Both the position numbers and the translations under genes were made by a program. Below, one piece after another: positions 12,401-27,052 of a stretch of 64,000 bases of DNA (the first letter of the stretch is position 1; each line of letters starts with the position of its first letter). This DNA is from Eledone cirrhosa (taxonomy: Eukaryota). The notes beneath the pieces are model-generated. The model was not told the DNA's origin. It made no database searches and worked only from the letters and a program-made list of their open reading frames with translations. The stretch is taken from assembly GCA_964016885.1 (NCBI GenBank), contig OZ024741.1, forward strand, positions 306,714,001 through 306,778,000, written 5' to 3'.

Positions 12401-15400
12401 TTATATATGACATATGTATTCTGGTTTTTAGAACAGGTACACTGTGTGTCATAAAAAGAATCTGAAAGGGTTGATGTAAGGAAGAGCATCCAATTGTAGT
12501 ACATTATCTCAAAACATCCTATCCAACCCGTGCCAGCATGGTGATGATGGGAAATCTATATTATAATGGCAGTTATGCAATTCAGCATAACTCATATGAA
12601 AGATATATCACCACTGAAACATATGTAGAAGATATAAAAATATAATAATATAATTTCATCTCTGTTTTTATATCATTATATTTTTGGCAGTATCAGTAGA
12701 GAGTTAGACACCATGCTTTGCAGTATAGAGTTATGTTCTGAGTTCAAATCCCATCTTGGCAGTGTCAAGGTGAGATTCTGTATAGAGAATCTTGCCAAGA
12801 AACATTCTGCTGTCATTCTTAGGAGTCTTCTTCTTTGCCCACTTATTCCTGAGAGGGTCATGGAGGCAGAGTCTTCAAACACTCTTTCCAGCAGGTCCTG
12901 TCAGAAGCAACCATCTCCAGCTGATCCAGCTGGATCTTCAAGTGAGACAAGCCATGCTCATGGATGTTATCCAATAATCTTGCTCAGGGTCTATCTCTGG
13001 GTCTCCTGCCAGTTGGTTTTGCCCATAAAATCTGTCCATTGATTCTTTCCCGAGACATTCTAAACACATGCCCATAGTATTGTAGCTGTGATATCTCAAT
13101 TCGGAGAAGTAGCAGCTCTACCTGGAGTGACTCTCCAAACTATGTACTCTATCGAACAACGTTACTCTTAGGAGTGATAATTATATTTTTGTGCCAATAA
13201 TTTTGACAGAACAACAACAAGGATCAGAGTAAAAACCATGTAGCATTGGTCAGGAGTGGAGCTGAAGATTTTGATTCAGATAAAATCTGAAAACTTAGAC
13301 AATATCCCAGAGCTGATAGATTTCCCAAATGGTGTGCAATTAAACATAATGGTAGAAGGGAAAAGACCCAGATGCTCTAATTGCAGTAGCTCAAACCATA
13401 TGAAAGCTTCCTGTTTTCAATAATGTAGGACAGCTGAAGAAGGGCCTGCTCTGCTACTAATGCTGAAACCTCAACACCAACAGAAACAACAACATTAACA
13501 GCAACAGCTGAAGAATGAGAGACTAACACCACAGTTCCAAAAAAGAAATACCAACTCATCACTATCACCCCCATAAAAAAAAACCCAAAAAACAATGAAA
13601 CCACATCAGAAGGAACAGACCCTTCACATGCTCCCACACTTGTGCCACTTCCCTCAGATACTGACCTCTTGGGTAGTGACACCCCACTGTGCGATGAGGA
13701 GAGATGCCCCCATGAGGCCAGCAATAAAGATTTCAAAACTATCCCAACCAGAGGTTGATCAAGGCTAAAGGTGAACTGGGATCCCCAGCATTTGGCACCA
13801 AATCTTCACCAACACCAAAGCATTCACAAGAAAACCAGCACCCACAAACAACCAACCTGTGACCCCAAAATAAGAGAAAACAAAAAATGTACATGAACAA
13901 CAAAATAATCCTGCATCAACTTCACAGCTGTTCAAAAGAGCAACTGCAAGTACTTAGCCCAGACAAACACTAAAGTATATAGAACATCAAAGTCCAAATT
14001 CTTTCTTTTGGTTTTTCTGAATAATATGGCTACATTCAAAGTAGTGAGTATAAATGTACATGGCCTAGGGTCAGCATAAAAGCAAAGTCACTTGCAGAAT
14101 GATCTCAAGTCACTAGAAATAAATGTGGTTGTTACCAGTGAGATCAGAATTTCTGGAACATGCACTCTTGCCCTCATTTTCAATGACTACAAGGCGTTTG
14201 TATCTTGTGGTCTGTCAAGAGCAGGAGTTTGAGTGGCAGAGTTGCTCCAGTAAAGTCTAGATCTTGGTGTTAGGATGATCTTCTTGGATCTGAAGTATAG
14301 GCTGGTAGTACTGGACGTGAGTGGTAGTGAAGGAGGTGCCTTCAGACTAGTAGCCATCTACGCTCCAACTGGGGCAGGATGTCATGATTTCTTTAGGCAC
14401 CTTGAAGTTTTTTTAAGAATGTACCATTCCCTAGAGCTAGTTGCGGATTTCAAATGCATCTGAGACACCCAATGGGATTGTGTGGGATTAACCCATAAGT
14501 GAAGGAGATGCAACAACCTTGCAAATCTACTCAGATATTTCCAACTGTCTAACAGATACCGACTGAATTTCTACATGTACTAGTGTGGACATAGAGTAAC
14601 CACAGCAGATCCTCCAGCTTGTACCTAGAGTATTCATTAGGCCAGCAGAGGAGAATAGAATAGTGTATGCACAATTTAAACTGGTTGGCTACTCAGATGA
14701 CAAATTTGTAATCTGCATGGTTGACCTAGGTCAAATTCACAGAAAAGTGTCTGGATACTGGAAGCTAAATGCATCTTTCCGGGCACAAAAAGACTACAGA
14801 ACCCAGATTAGCAATTTTGTTAAGCAGCAGTTGACAGGAGCAATTTTCAGCAACATGTGGTTGGGAGGTCTAAAGACAGCCATTAAAGTAGAATCAGTAA
14901 GGTATAGTAAAAATATTAGCAGTAGAGACTAGAGAGGGAATTAATGAATAATCTAGAAGAGGCATTTTAAATGTAAAACATGAAGGTTGCATTGTCAGAG
15001 ACAAGGTTCATGCACTTGCATATGAGAGAATGTAAGCTGTACAGTGGGCACAGCTGAAAGAGGCGTGACATTGTAACAAAGCTATGATTTGATCTTTGAC
15101 GGACCAAGATGGATGTGTGTTACTCAGTCCTCACTGAATGGCTTTACAGTGGCACTTTGTTTGACTGTTACAAGTGACAGGTTATTGGAAATGGTAGCAG
15201 ACTTCAGAGGCTACCTCAGTGAAAGAAGCCACTAACTGTGACAAGTTGATAACTGCTGAGATGCATGAGGTATTGAGCAGGAGCATAAGACACAAGTCAC
15301 CTTCTTTGGGTGGTCTACCCTAAGAATTTTAATGGTTTATGCCAGACATTTTTGGCGACCTCTTGGAAAAGGTTACAAGATCATTTTTTTTATTGTTCTT

Positions 15401-18400
15401 ATATATATTATCTTCCAGTTATTAGACAATAAATGCTGGCATGCAAACATCTGATGAACTAATTGTATTAAAGTCAAGTGACATTACATAATAGTGGATT
15501 ATGTCATATATTTATTATTGGCTTTCAGCTATTCAAGATGTGAAACACATTTCAAGCAAATAAGTTACTGTTAAATTATAATTTCATTTCATTAGGCTGA
15601 CCCGTTCCATCTTCACCTCCAAACATGACAGCATTGAAAACTGGGTGGACCCCACAATAACGCTAGATGTCATTCACAATCCTTATGACCACTATTGCTT
15701 CCCTCCTTCAGCAAGCAACAGGTAGCCTCATCCATGCAAGCATAGAAAATATAATTGAATGGTGATAATTATGTAATAATATATATGAAACTAGATTGCT
15801 CCAGTTTAGTTGGACATGAACAAAATATGATTTTGATACAATGGTAATGAAGTGAAATCTTCTTGTATACACATAAGTGTTTCTACTTTTGGCACAAGGC
15901 CAGCAATTATCCCAGTGCATTACTGGTACTTTATTTTATTAACTCCGTAAGGATGAAAGGCAAAGTTAACCTAGGCGGGATTTGAACTCAGAATGGCAAG
16001 GGCCGTAACTCTACGCATCAAAGCATGGTGTCCAACCCTCTACCGATACTGCCAATTCACTATGAAGTTTAATTAATAATTGTTTCTACTATTGGCACAT
16101 GGCCAGCATATTACCCAGTACATTACTGGTACTTTATTTTATCGACCCTGTAAGAATGAAAGACAAAGTTAATCTCGGCGGGATTTGAATTCAAAATGGC
16201 AAGGGCCGTAACTCTATGCGTCAAAGCATGGCGTCCGACACTCTACCGAAGTTTAATTGATAATGTTCAGTAAATTATTTGAACATTTTGTTTTAGTTTA
16301 ACTTTGTTCTTTTGATTGAGAGCATATCTGTTCATTACACTTATCCATGCTGATATATAATGATTCATAATGTTCAGTAGATTCTGTTGGAAAACAATGT
16401 GTTAGTCTTACCTCGATCTTCTGATGGACGGCAATTATCTCCATTACACCTATCTGATCTCTCAGCTTTGGTTCCTGAAAAATAATTGTTACATCATCAT
16501 CTTTATGTCAACTTTTCCATGCTGGACATTTTTTGATACAATGCTTTACAGTTAGATGCCTTTCATGATGCCAACCCTTTAGTCACCTCTTACAAGGTGT
16601 GTCAGCTGCGATCTCTGTTTATTAGGGAATATGTATATTGTGTGTATGTATGTATGTATCTATAAGATTTACAACTCTCAGAGACAATAAAATGTCAGAA
16701 GAATGAATGCAAATTTGTAATCATACCACCTCTATTCCAAGGATAAGCAGAGTGGTTATATGTCATTGTAAATTATTTGTTTCAATAAAAATACCTTCAC
16801 TACAAATATATAAGATTTCTCAGAAAACAATGAAATAGCACAAACATCACACATGCCTTAAATACTTGTTTCTACTTTAGGCACAAGGCCAGCAATTACC
16901 CAGTGCATTACTGAAATACTGAACCTTATTCAGTTTGCTAAAAAAAAATAAAATGCTGCCAAATCTTCAAAAACCCCATCCAGCAATCTTATGTATGGTG
17001 TCTTTTAACAAAATTTAATAAAAATATTATGTCCTTTTTTATATTAATATATTCACTGTCTTTAAACAATTTTTGTTTCATTCAATATCTTATTAATATT
17101 AGGGAGGTAGGGATTGACCATGAAATGCAGATATTAATTCCACGATTTTTGGAAAATGAGGATATTAATTCCAGTAAATTATTTGAAAATTTTGTTTTAG
17201 TTTAACATTGTTCTTTTGATTGAGAGCATATCTGTTCATTACACTTATCCATGCTGATATATAATGATTTATAATGTTCAGTAGATTCTGTTGGAAAACA
17301 ATGTGTTAGTCTTACCTCGATCTTCTGATGGACGGCAATTATCTCCATTACACCTATCTGATCTCTCAGCTTTGGTTCCTGAAAAATAATTGTTACATCA
17401 TCATCTTTAGGTCAACTTTTCCATGCTGGACATTTTGTGATACAATGCTTTACAGTTAGATGCCTTTCATGATGCCAACCCTTTAGTCACCTCTTACATG
17501 ATGCTAAGATACAGTTTATCTATTAAAAAAAAATGAGATACTGAATTTGAAGATGATCTTTATCCCTCACATAAAAATATGCAGTCTTTTAAATGTACCA
17601 CAAGGAGAGAATATCACATAGACCATTGTCTCCTAGACTGAGAGAAAGTTTAAACACACAAACAAAACTGCTTTTCATAGTTCCGAATCTTTAACAGTGT
17701 CGTATCTTAGTGCCCTAACTGTCAAGTCTATCTATTTTAAGCCAAATATAATACCTCATTACTCTATATTCATTTTTAATCTGTAATATTTGCTCAAGTT
17801 CAAAAGTGTGCCTGGGCTAACAAATTCCTACTCAAACTATATTTGAATAAAATAATTCACAATGACTTTAATTCCTAATTTTTCAAAGAAAATTAAATTT
17901 GTTTCAATTTCATAAATGTTACATGAACAAATATTTCCTCTGTACTGTCTGACTAGAAATTTCAGCCAGTTTATTATAATAAGCTGCTACTATTTTCCAA
18001 AGAAAATATAGCTTTTCTTTCAACATTATAAGTGTTATATGAACAAAATTTATCCTTCATACACTCAAGCCCGAACATTTCATCCAGGTAAAATTAACAA
18101 GCTGTATGATGCAAAAGAGGTGCAAGTGAATATGTTTAAAGTTTGGTTGTGTCAGCTGCAATCTCTCTTTATTAGGGAATATGTATATTGTGTGTATGTA
18201 TGTATGTATCTATAAGATTTACAACTCTCAGAGCCAATAAAATGTCAGAACAATCAATGCAAATTTGTAATCATATCACCTCTATTCGAAGGATAAGCAG
18301 AGTGGTTATATGTCATTGTAAAATATTTGCATCAATAAAAATACCTTCACTACAAATATATAAGATTTCTCAGAAAACAATGACACATGCCTTAAATACT

Positions 18401-20317
18401 GTTCCTTACTCAGTTTGCTAAAAAAAAATAAAATGCTGCCAAATCTCCTTCAAAAACCCCATCCAGCAATCTTATGTATGGTGTCTTTTAACAGATTTCA
18501 ATTAAAATGTTATGTCCTTTTTTATATATATACACTGTCTTGAAACAATTTTTGTTTCATTCAATGTCTTATTAATATTAGGGAGGTGGGGATTGACCAT
18601 GAAATACAGATATTAATTCCGCGAATTTTGGAATATGGAGATATTAATTTATTGAGATAAAAGAACATTACAAATGCCTAAACAACATTATAAATTTCTC
18701 ACAATTCATTCAGGAGAAAATTACAAATATGATGTCGTTAATAAAGACAAATATAAATGCATAAAAGAGAGAGAAAAAAAAAAGAGTATGAAAAAATGGG
18801 GGAGGGGGGATCAAAAACAAAATTTGGAAAGTTGCACAAGGGTTCTGAGACAAAACAGGCTTGGGAAATGCTGCATTAGATAATGTATTCCTACATATGC
18901 CTAAAATTATGAGATTTTCATGGCTGAAGAAGCAATTTATTCACATTGAGGAATTTTTATATTTTCAACTATATAATATGAAGAAGTTTGAAAGTGTTTG
19001 CCCTATACATTCTCTATGTAACATATGGACATATGGACATTTTGCAGCATAAATCATTGGGAAATGAGTTCAGGTATATGTGTCTGGCCAATATCTTTAA
19101 CCCTTTAGTTACCAATCTGGCCAAAATTGGCTCTGGTTCTATGAAATAAAACCACCCATTTTAAAGGTTCAGCTATTCCAGATGTGAAACACATTTTAAG
19201 CAAATAGGTTACTGTTAAATTATAATTTCATTTCATTAGGCTGACCCCTCCATCTTCCCCTCCAAACATGACAGCATTGAAAACTGGGTGCACCCGACAA
19301 TAACGCTAGATGTCATTCACAATCTTTATGACCACTATTGCTTCCCTCCTTCAGCAAGCAACATGTAGCCTACCCTTGCTCTCATACCTCACTCCACTTT
19401 GTATCACTGTTCTTTCCAGTGAGACCAAAGACACCAGTGCCCTAGAGTTGATGTCTGGTATTGCTGGTACCACAATAAATTGCACTTAGCCCACAGTGCA
19501 GGTGATAAAATGCAGAAAGTCCACAATATCAGGTAATAGTGGTGGTACCATAATAAACCACATCCAGTACATTCCTTGAAATAGTTAGCAGTAAGAAGGG
19601 TGTTTAGCCATAGAAACTATGCCTAAATAGAACATATGAATAAGAAACAGTTATCTGACCTGTCGAGATTCAAAACATTTCAACCCATCTCATCCATGCA
19701 AGCATCACCATCATCAGCATCATCGTGTAACGTCCATCTTCAATGCTAGCATGGGTTAGACAGTTTTGTTCCATTTGATGTGGGAATGGTCGGGAGACCA
19801 TGTCTCGCTCACACGAAAGCATCCCTGGCAGGTGTTTTTTACAGCTGGATACCCTTCCTAACACCAACCACATTTACAGTGTGGACTGGGAGCCTTTTCA
19901 CTGTGTCTCGTACACGACCACCTTACAGTGTGGAGTGTTGTGTCATTGACACAGTGGACGAAACAGGAGAGGGACGGTGGGGTAGGGAGTGGCAGTGGGG
20001 TGTACATTGAGTTAAGAGGTGCGTACTGACTGTAGGTTAGTATGCAATGGTAGTCGGGTTTTCTGTACAGCTGTATAGCGCCAAAGGTCTCGATCCAGTG
20101 TCATTGTCTTAGAGATTTGTAGGTGGGCAAGGTCAATCTTTATCACCTTGTCCCAGGTTTTTCTTGCTCTACCCAGTCAACATCTTCCATCACTATACAT
20201 TGCCCTGTACTTATTTATACAGCTGTCGTTCTTCATATGCATCACATGTCCATATCAAGGCAATCTCCTCTCCAGAACACAACATTTGATACCTCTTATG
20301 CTTAGTCTCCCTCTTAG

Positions 20318-20353
<36 letters not shown>

Positions 20354-23300
20354 TGTACACATGTATATATATAGAGATATACATATATACATATATGTGT
20401 GTGTACATAATCATCATCACCTTTTTATCTTTTTTTTACATCTGTTTTCCCTGCTAGTATGGGTTGGAAACATCATCATTGTTCATGACTAACTGATTTG
20501 GGGAACCATATTTTGCTTTCTATGACTACATTCCTCTTCCTATTACTGACAGTGTACTGTTCACATATGTAAAATACTTTTTACAGAAGTACAAATTTAT
20601 GAAAACGTTATAAAATATTCAGTACGATAGAATATTGTCACAAAATAAATAAATGCCAACACAATACTACTGTAAGCCATTTAAGTTTATATAGCGGGTT
20701 TCCCAAAAAATATATACACACCTCAACGGCAGATAACTCAAATGTGTATACACCCATATATATATATATATATTGTGTGTATGTGTGTATATATATATCT
20801 ATATATATATGTATATATATTGTATGGTCACCTGGATAGTAAACAAAGTCATACATAATGGGGTTGTTCCGAAGGACTGGCATAGCAGCATCATCATTAA
20901 CTGCTACAAGGGTAAAGGAGATGCCCTAGATAGGAGTAACTATAGAGGCATTAAATTAATCGACCAGGTCATGAAGGTCACAGAAAAAGTAATAGCGCAA
21001 CTAATCAGAGAGAGAATTGATCTAGATGAAATGCAGTTCGGGTTTGTGTCAGGCAAAAGTACCACAGACGCTCTTTTCATTGTACGACAACTACAGGAGG
21101 AGTACCTAGCTAAAAGTAAACCCCTATACTTAGCTTTTGTCGACTTGGAGAAAGCCTTCGACAGAGTCCCCCGTTTCATTATCTGGTGGGCTCTTAGAAA
21201 ACTAGGTGTTGATGAATGGCTTGTGAGAGCTATAAAAGCCATGTATAAAGAAACAGTCAGCAAGGTTAAAATTAACAACGAATATAGTGAAGAGTTTAGC
21301 GTAAAAGTTGGTGTTTATCAGGGCTCCGTTCTTAGCCCCCTACTATTTATTATTGCCCTTCAGGCTATAATGGTGGAGTTCAAGGCTGGCTGCCTGTGGG
21401 AACTCCTATACGCAGATGATCTAACGCTCATAGCTGAATCAATGGCCAAACTAGAGAAGAAATTCCAAACATGGAAGCATGGCCTTGAATCAAAAGGCCT
21501 TAAAATTAACCTGTATAAGACTAAAGTTCTTGTTTGTAGGAAGGAAAATAGGGCGCCAGTCCCATCCGGGAAATGGCCATGCTCAGTGTGTAGGAAAGGA
21601 GTAGGTAGAAACTCCATTTTATGTCCCAAATGCAAAGTATGGGTGCATAAAAGATGTAGTGGGATCACAGGTAAGCTAACTAAGAACATAGATTTTATAT
21701 GTGGCCGGTGCTCTGGTGCAATAAGTAGCGGCAAGTGCCCACAGAATACTAGCTCATTCCATTCCACAGATGGTTCTATAGAAATAGTGGACACCTTCCG
21801 TTAACTGGTGACAAAATCAGCAGTGGGGGAGGGTGCTCTGAAAGTACAGTAGCTAGAGTCAGAACGGGATGGAAAAAGTTCAGAGAGCTTATACCACTAT
21901 TAGCCGCTAAAGGGTTCTCCCTAAAAATGAAAGGCAGGCTGTATGATGCCTGCATACGAACATCAATGTTGCATGGCAGTGAGACCTGGGCATTGTGTGC
22001 AGAGGATATACGCAGACTGGAGAGGAACGAAGCTTGCATGCTCCGCTGGATGTGTAATAGTAATATACGTGAACGGCAAAGCATAAACGAACTAAGGGAA
22101 TAATTAGAAATAAGAGGGATCAGATGTTGTTTACTCGAGAGAAGGCTACGTTGGTATGGTCACGTGATGCACATGAAAGACGACAGCTGTATAAAAAAGT
22201 GCAGGGCAATAAAAATAGATGGTAGCCACAGAGTAGGCAGACCCAGAAAAACCTGGGCCGACTTGATAAACTCCGACCTCACACACTTACACCTCTCCAA
22301 GACAATGTCACTGGACCGAGAGCTTTGGTGCTACACAGTAATAGAGAAGACACGCCTTACCTAAGTACAAAGTGAAACCTACTACAGACAGTAGGCACCT
22401 CTAACAAAATACATCCCTGTCCTACTACCCCCACCCCATCCACACCACCCCTTTCAATGTAAAGTTATGTTGGTACCACAAGATCGAGCCCGAAACAAAT
22501 GAGGTCGTATAGGTGTCACGACAAAAATAACACACACTCCACGCTGTAATGTGGCCGTGTAGGTAACATGGTAAAAACCTCCCAGTTCCACACTGTAAAT
22601 GTGGTTGGTGTTAGGAAGGGCATCCAGCCGTAGAAAACCCGCCAGACAGTCCTATGCGAGCAAGCAACCACTCTTGCCTCAAGAGGGAAACTCCCTTCCA
22701 AACCCATGCAAGCGTGGAATATGGACATTAAACGATGATGATGATGATGATGTTGATATATATATATATATATAAATATATATATATATTGTGCGTGTGT
22801 GTATAAATATATATATATATATATATTGTATATATATATATATTAACTTTAAATTTGATAAGTTTTAGCCAGTATTGGCCCAGGCCATGCCCAACTTAAT
22901 ACCAGCACCCGGCGAAGTTTTCAAATCAGGATTTGGGCACCATGGCCCACTCAACTAGAGAGCTATTGTTTACGGAAGCATATCTGGGTGTAGGAGTATT
23001 ATCCGGGATTTCTCGAAGGAATTTGTCCAAAGACTCCTTGAATGTGATGGGGGTCTGTTTCTGTTTTAATGTGTTTTGGTGTAATGTTAAAGAGAGTAGG
23101 GCCAATTAAGGTGAAATAATTGTGCCATATTGTCGTTATGAGATGCGAGTGAAATTTTTGTTGTGGGCAGATCGCACAGGACCCAAGCTTTGGGTGTACC
23201 TTAGAGGTGATAATTATGTAATAATATATATGAAATTAGATTGCTCCAATATGATTTTGATACAATGGTCATGAAGTGAAATCTTCTTGCATACATATAA

Positions 23301-26300
23301 TGGTTTATGAAGTTATAATTTATAATGTTCAGTAAATTATTTGAAAATTTTGTTTTAGTTTAACTTTGTTCTTTTGATTGAGAGCATATCTGTTCATTAC
23401 ACTTATCCATGCTGATATATAAGGATTTATAATGTTCAGTACATTCTGTTGGAAAACAATGTTTTAGTCTTACCTCGATCTTCTGATGGACGGCAATTAT
23501 CTCCATTACACCTATCCGAATTCTCAGCTTTGGTTCCTGAAAAATAATTATTACATCATCATCTTTAGGTCAACTTTTCCATGCTGGACTTGTTTTGATA
23601 CAATGCTTTACAGTTGGATGCCTTTCATGGTGCCAACCCTTTAGTCACCTCTTACATGATGCTAAGATACAGTTTATCTATTAAAAAAAAAATGAGATAC
23701 TGAATTTAAAAATGATCTTTATCCATCACATAAAAATGTGCAATCTTTTAAATGTACCACAAGGAGAGAATATCACATAGACCATTGTCTCCAAGACTGA
23801 GAGAAAGTTTAAACACACAAACAAAACTGCTTTTCATAGTTCCGAATCTTTAACAGTGTCAAATCTTAGTGCCCTAACTGTCAAGTCTATCTATTTTAAG
23901 CCAAATATAATACCTCATTACACTATATTCATTTTTAATCTGTAATATTTGCTCAAGTTCAAAAGTGTGCCTGGGCTAACAAATTCCTACTCAAACTATA
24001 TTTGAATAAAATAATTCACAATGACTTTAATTCCTAATTTTCCAAAGAAAATTAAATTTGTTTCAATTTCATAAATGTTACATGAACAAAAATTTCCTCT
24101 CTACTGTCTGACTAGAAATTTCAGCCAGTTAAATATAATAAACTGCTACTATTTTCCAAAGAAAATATAGCTTTTCTTTCAACATTATAAGTGTTATATG
24201 AACAAAATTTATTCCTTCAAACACTCAAGCCCGAACATTTCATCCAGGTAAAATTAACAAGCTGTATGATGCAAAAGAGGTGCAAGTGAATATGTTTAAA
24301 GTTTGGTTGTGTCAGCTGCAATCTCTCTTTATTAGCGAATATGTATATTGTGTGCATGTATGTATGTATCTATAAGATTTACAACACTCAGAGTCAATAA
24401 AATGTCAGAACAATCAATGCAAATTTGTAATCATATCACCTCTATTCCAAGGATAAGCCGAGTGGTTATATGTCATTGTAAAATATTTGCATCAATAAAA
24501 ATACCTTCACTACAAATATATAAGATTTCTCAGAAAACAATGAAATAACACAAACATCACACATGCCTGAAATACTGTTCCTTACTCAGTTTGCTAAAAA
24601 AAAATAAAATGTTGCCAAATCTCATTTAAAAACCCTATCCAGCAATCTTATGTATGGTGTGTTTTAACAAAATTCAATAAAAATGTTATGTCTTTTTTTA
24701 TATTAATATATTCACTGTCTTTAAACAATTTTTGTTTCATTCAATGTCTTATTAATATTAGGGAGGTGGGGATTGACCATGAAATACAGGTATTAATTTC
24801 GCGAATTTTGGAAAAAGGGGATATTAATTTATTGAGTTAAAAGAACATTACAAATGCCTAAACAACGTTATAAATTGCTCACAATTCATTCAGGAGAAAA
24901 TTACAAATATGATGTCATTAATAAAGACAAATATAAATGCATAAAAGAGAGAGAAAAAAAAGATGATATAAAAAAGGGGGAGGGGGATCAAAAACAAAAT
25001 TTGGAAAGTTGCACAAGGGTTCTCAGACAAAACAGGCTTCGGAACAGCTGCATTAGATAATGAAGTCCTACATATGCCTAAACTGATGAGATTTTCATGG
25101 CTGAAGAAGCAATTTCTTCACATTGAGGAATTCTTATATTTTCAACTATATAATATGAAGAAGTTTGAAAGTGTCTGCCTATACATTCTCTATGTAACAT
25201 ATGGACATATGGACATTTTGCAGCATACATAGTTGGTAAATGAGCTCAGGTATATGTGTCTGGCCAATATCTTTAACCCTTTAGTTACCAATCTGGCCAA
25301 AATTGGCTCTGGTTCTATGAAATAAAACCACCCATTTTAAAGGTTCAGCTATTCAAGATGTGAAACACATTTTAAGCAAATAAGTTACTGTTAAATTATA
25401 ATTTCATTTCATTAGGCTGACCCCTTCCATCTTCCCCTCCAAACATGACAGCATTGAAAGCTGGGTGGATCCCACATAATGCTAGATGTCATTCTCAATC
25501 CTTATGACCACTATTGCTTCCCTCCCTCAGCAATCAACAAGTAGCCTACCCTTGCTCTCATACCCCACCCCACTTTATATCACTGTTCTTTCCAGTGAGA
25601 CCAAAGACACAAGTGCCCTAGAGTTGATGTCTGGTATTGCTGGTACCACAATAAATTGCACTTAGCCCACAGTGCAGGTGATAAAATGCAGAAAGTCCAC
25701 AATATCAGGTAATAGTGGTGGTACCATAATAAACCACATCCAGTACATTCCTTGAAATAGTTAGCAGTAAGAAGGGTGTTTAGCCATAGAAACTATGCCT
25801 AAATAGAACATATGAATAAGAAACAGTTATCTGACCTGTCGAGCTTCAAAACATTTCAACCCATCTCATCCATGCAAGCATCACCATCATCATCATCATC
25901 ATCGTGTAACGTCCATCTTCCACGTTAGCATGGGTTAGACAGTTTTGTTCCATTTGATGTTGGAATGGTCGGGAGACCATGTCTCGCTCACACGGAAGCA
26001 ACCCTGGCAGGTTTTTTTACAGCTGGATACCCTACCTAACACCAACCACATTTACAGTGTGGACTGGGAGCCTTTTCACTGTGTCTCGTACACGACCACC
26101 TTACAGTGTGGACTGTTGTGCCATCGACACAGTGGACGGAACGGCAGAGGGATGGTGGGGTAGGGTGTGGCAGTGAGGTGTACATTGAGTTAAGAGGTGC
26201 GTACTGACTGTAGGTTAGTATGCAATGGTAGTCGGGTTTTCTGTACAGCTGTATAGCGCCAAAGGTCTCGATCCAGTGTCATTGTCTTAGAGATTTGTAG

Positions 26301-26495
26301 GTGGGCAAGGTCAATCTTTATCACCTTGTCCCAGGTTTTTCTTGCTCTACCCACTCAACAGCTTCCATCACTTTACATTGCCCTGTACTTTTTTATGCAG
26401 CTGTCGTTCTTCATATGCATCACATGTCCATATCAAGGCAATCTCCTCTCCAGAACACAACATTTGATACCTCTTATGCTTAGTCTCCCTCTTAG

Positions 26496-26529
<34 letters not shown>

Positions 26530-26925
26530 TGTACACATGTATATATATAGAGATATACATATATACATATATGTGTGTGTACATAATCATCATCACCTTT
26601 TTATCTTTTTTTTACATCTGTTTTCCCTGCTAGTATGGGTTGGAAACATCATCATTGTTCATGACTAACTGATTTGGGGAACCATATTTTGCTTTCTATG
26701 ACTACATTCCTCTTCCTATTACTGACAGTGTACTGTTCACATATGTAAAATACTTTTTACAGAAGTACAAATTTATGAAAACGTTATAAAATATTCAGTA
26801 CGATAGAATATTGTCACAAAATAAATAAATGACAACACAATACTACTGTAAGCCATTTAAGTTTATATAGAGGGTTTCCCCATAAATATATACACACATC
26901 AACAGCAGATAATTCAAATGTGTAT

Positions 26926-26964
<39 letters not shown>

Positions 26965-26977
26965 TATATATATATAT

Positions 26978-27052
<75 letters not shown>

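Noticed and set aside
15445-15560. CTGATGA at ~15451 as a hammerhead ribozyme
   Set aside because: No GAAA directly after a credible stem II, and no stem I pairing.
16412-16474. Microexons as oxytocin/cephalotocin homologues
   Set aside because: No aromatic residue 2, no PxG-KR amidation signal and no neurophysin. The flanks link them to the six-Cys exons instead.
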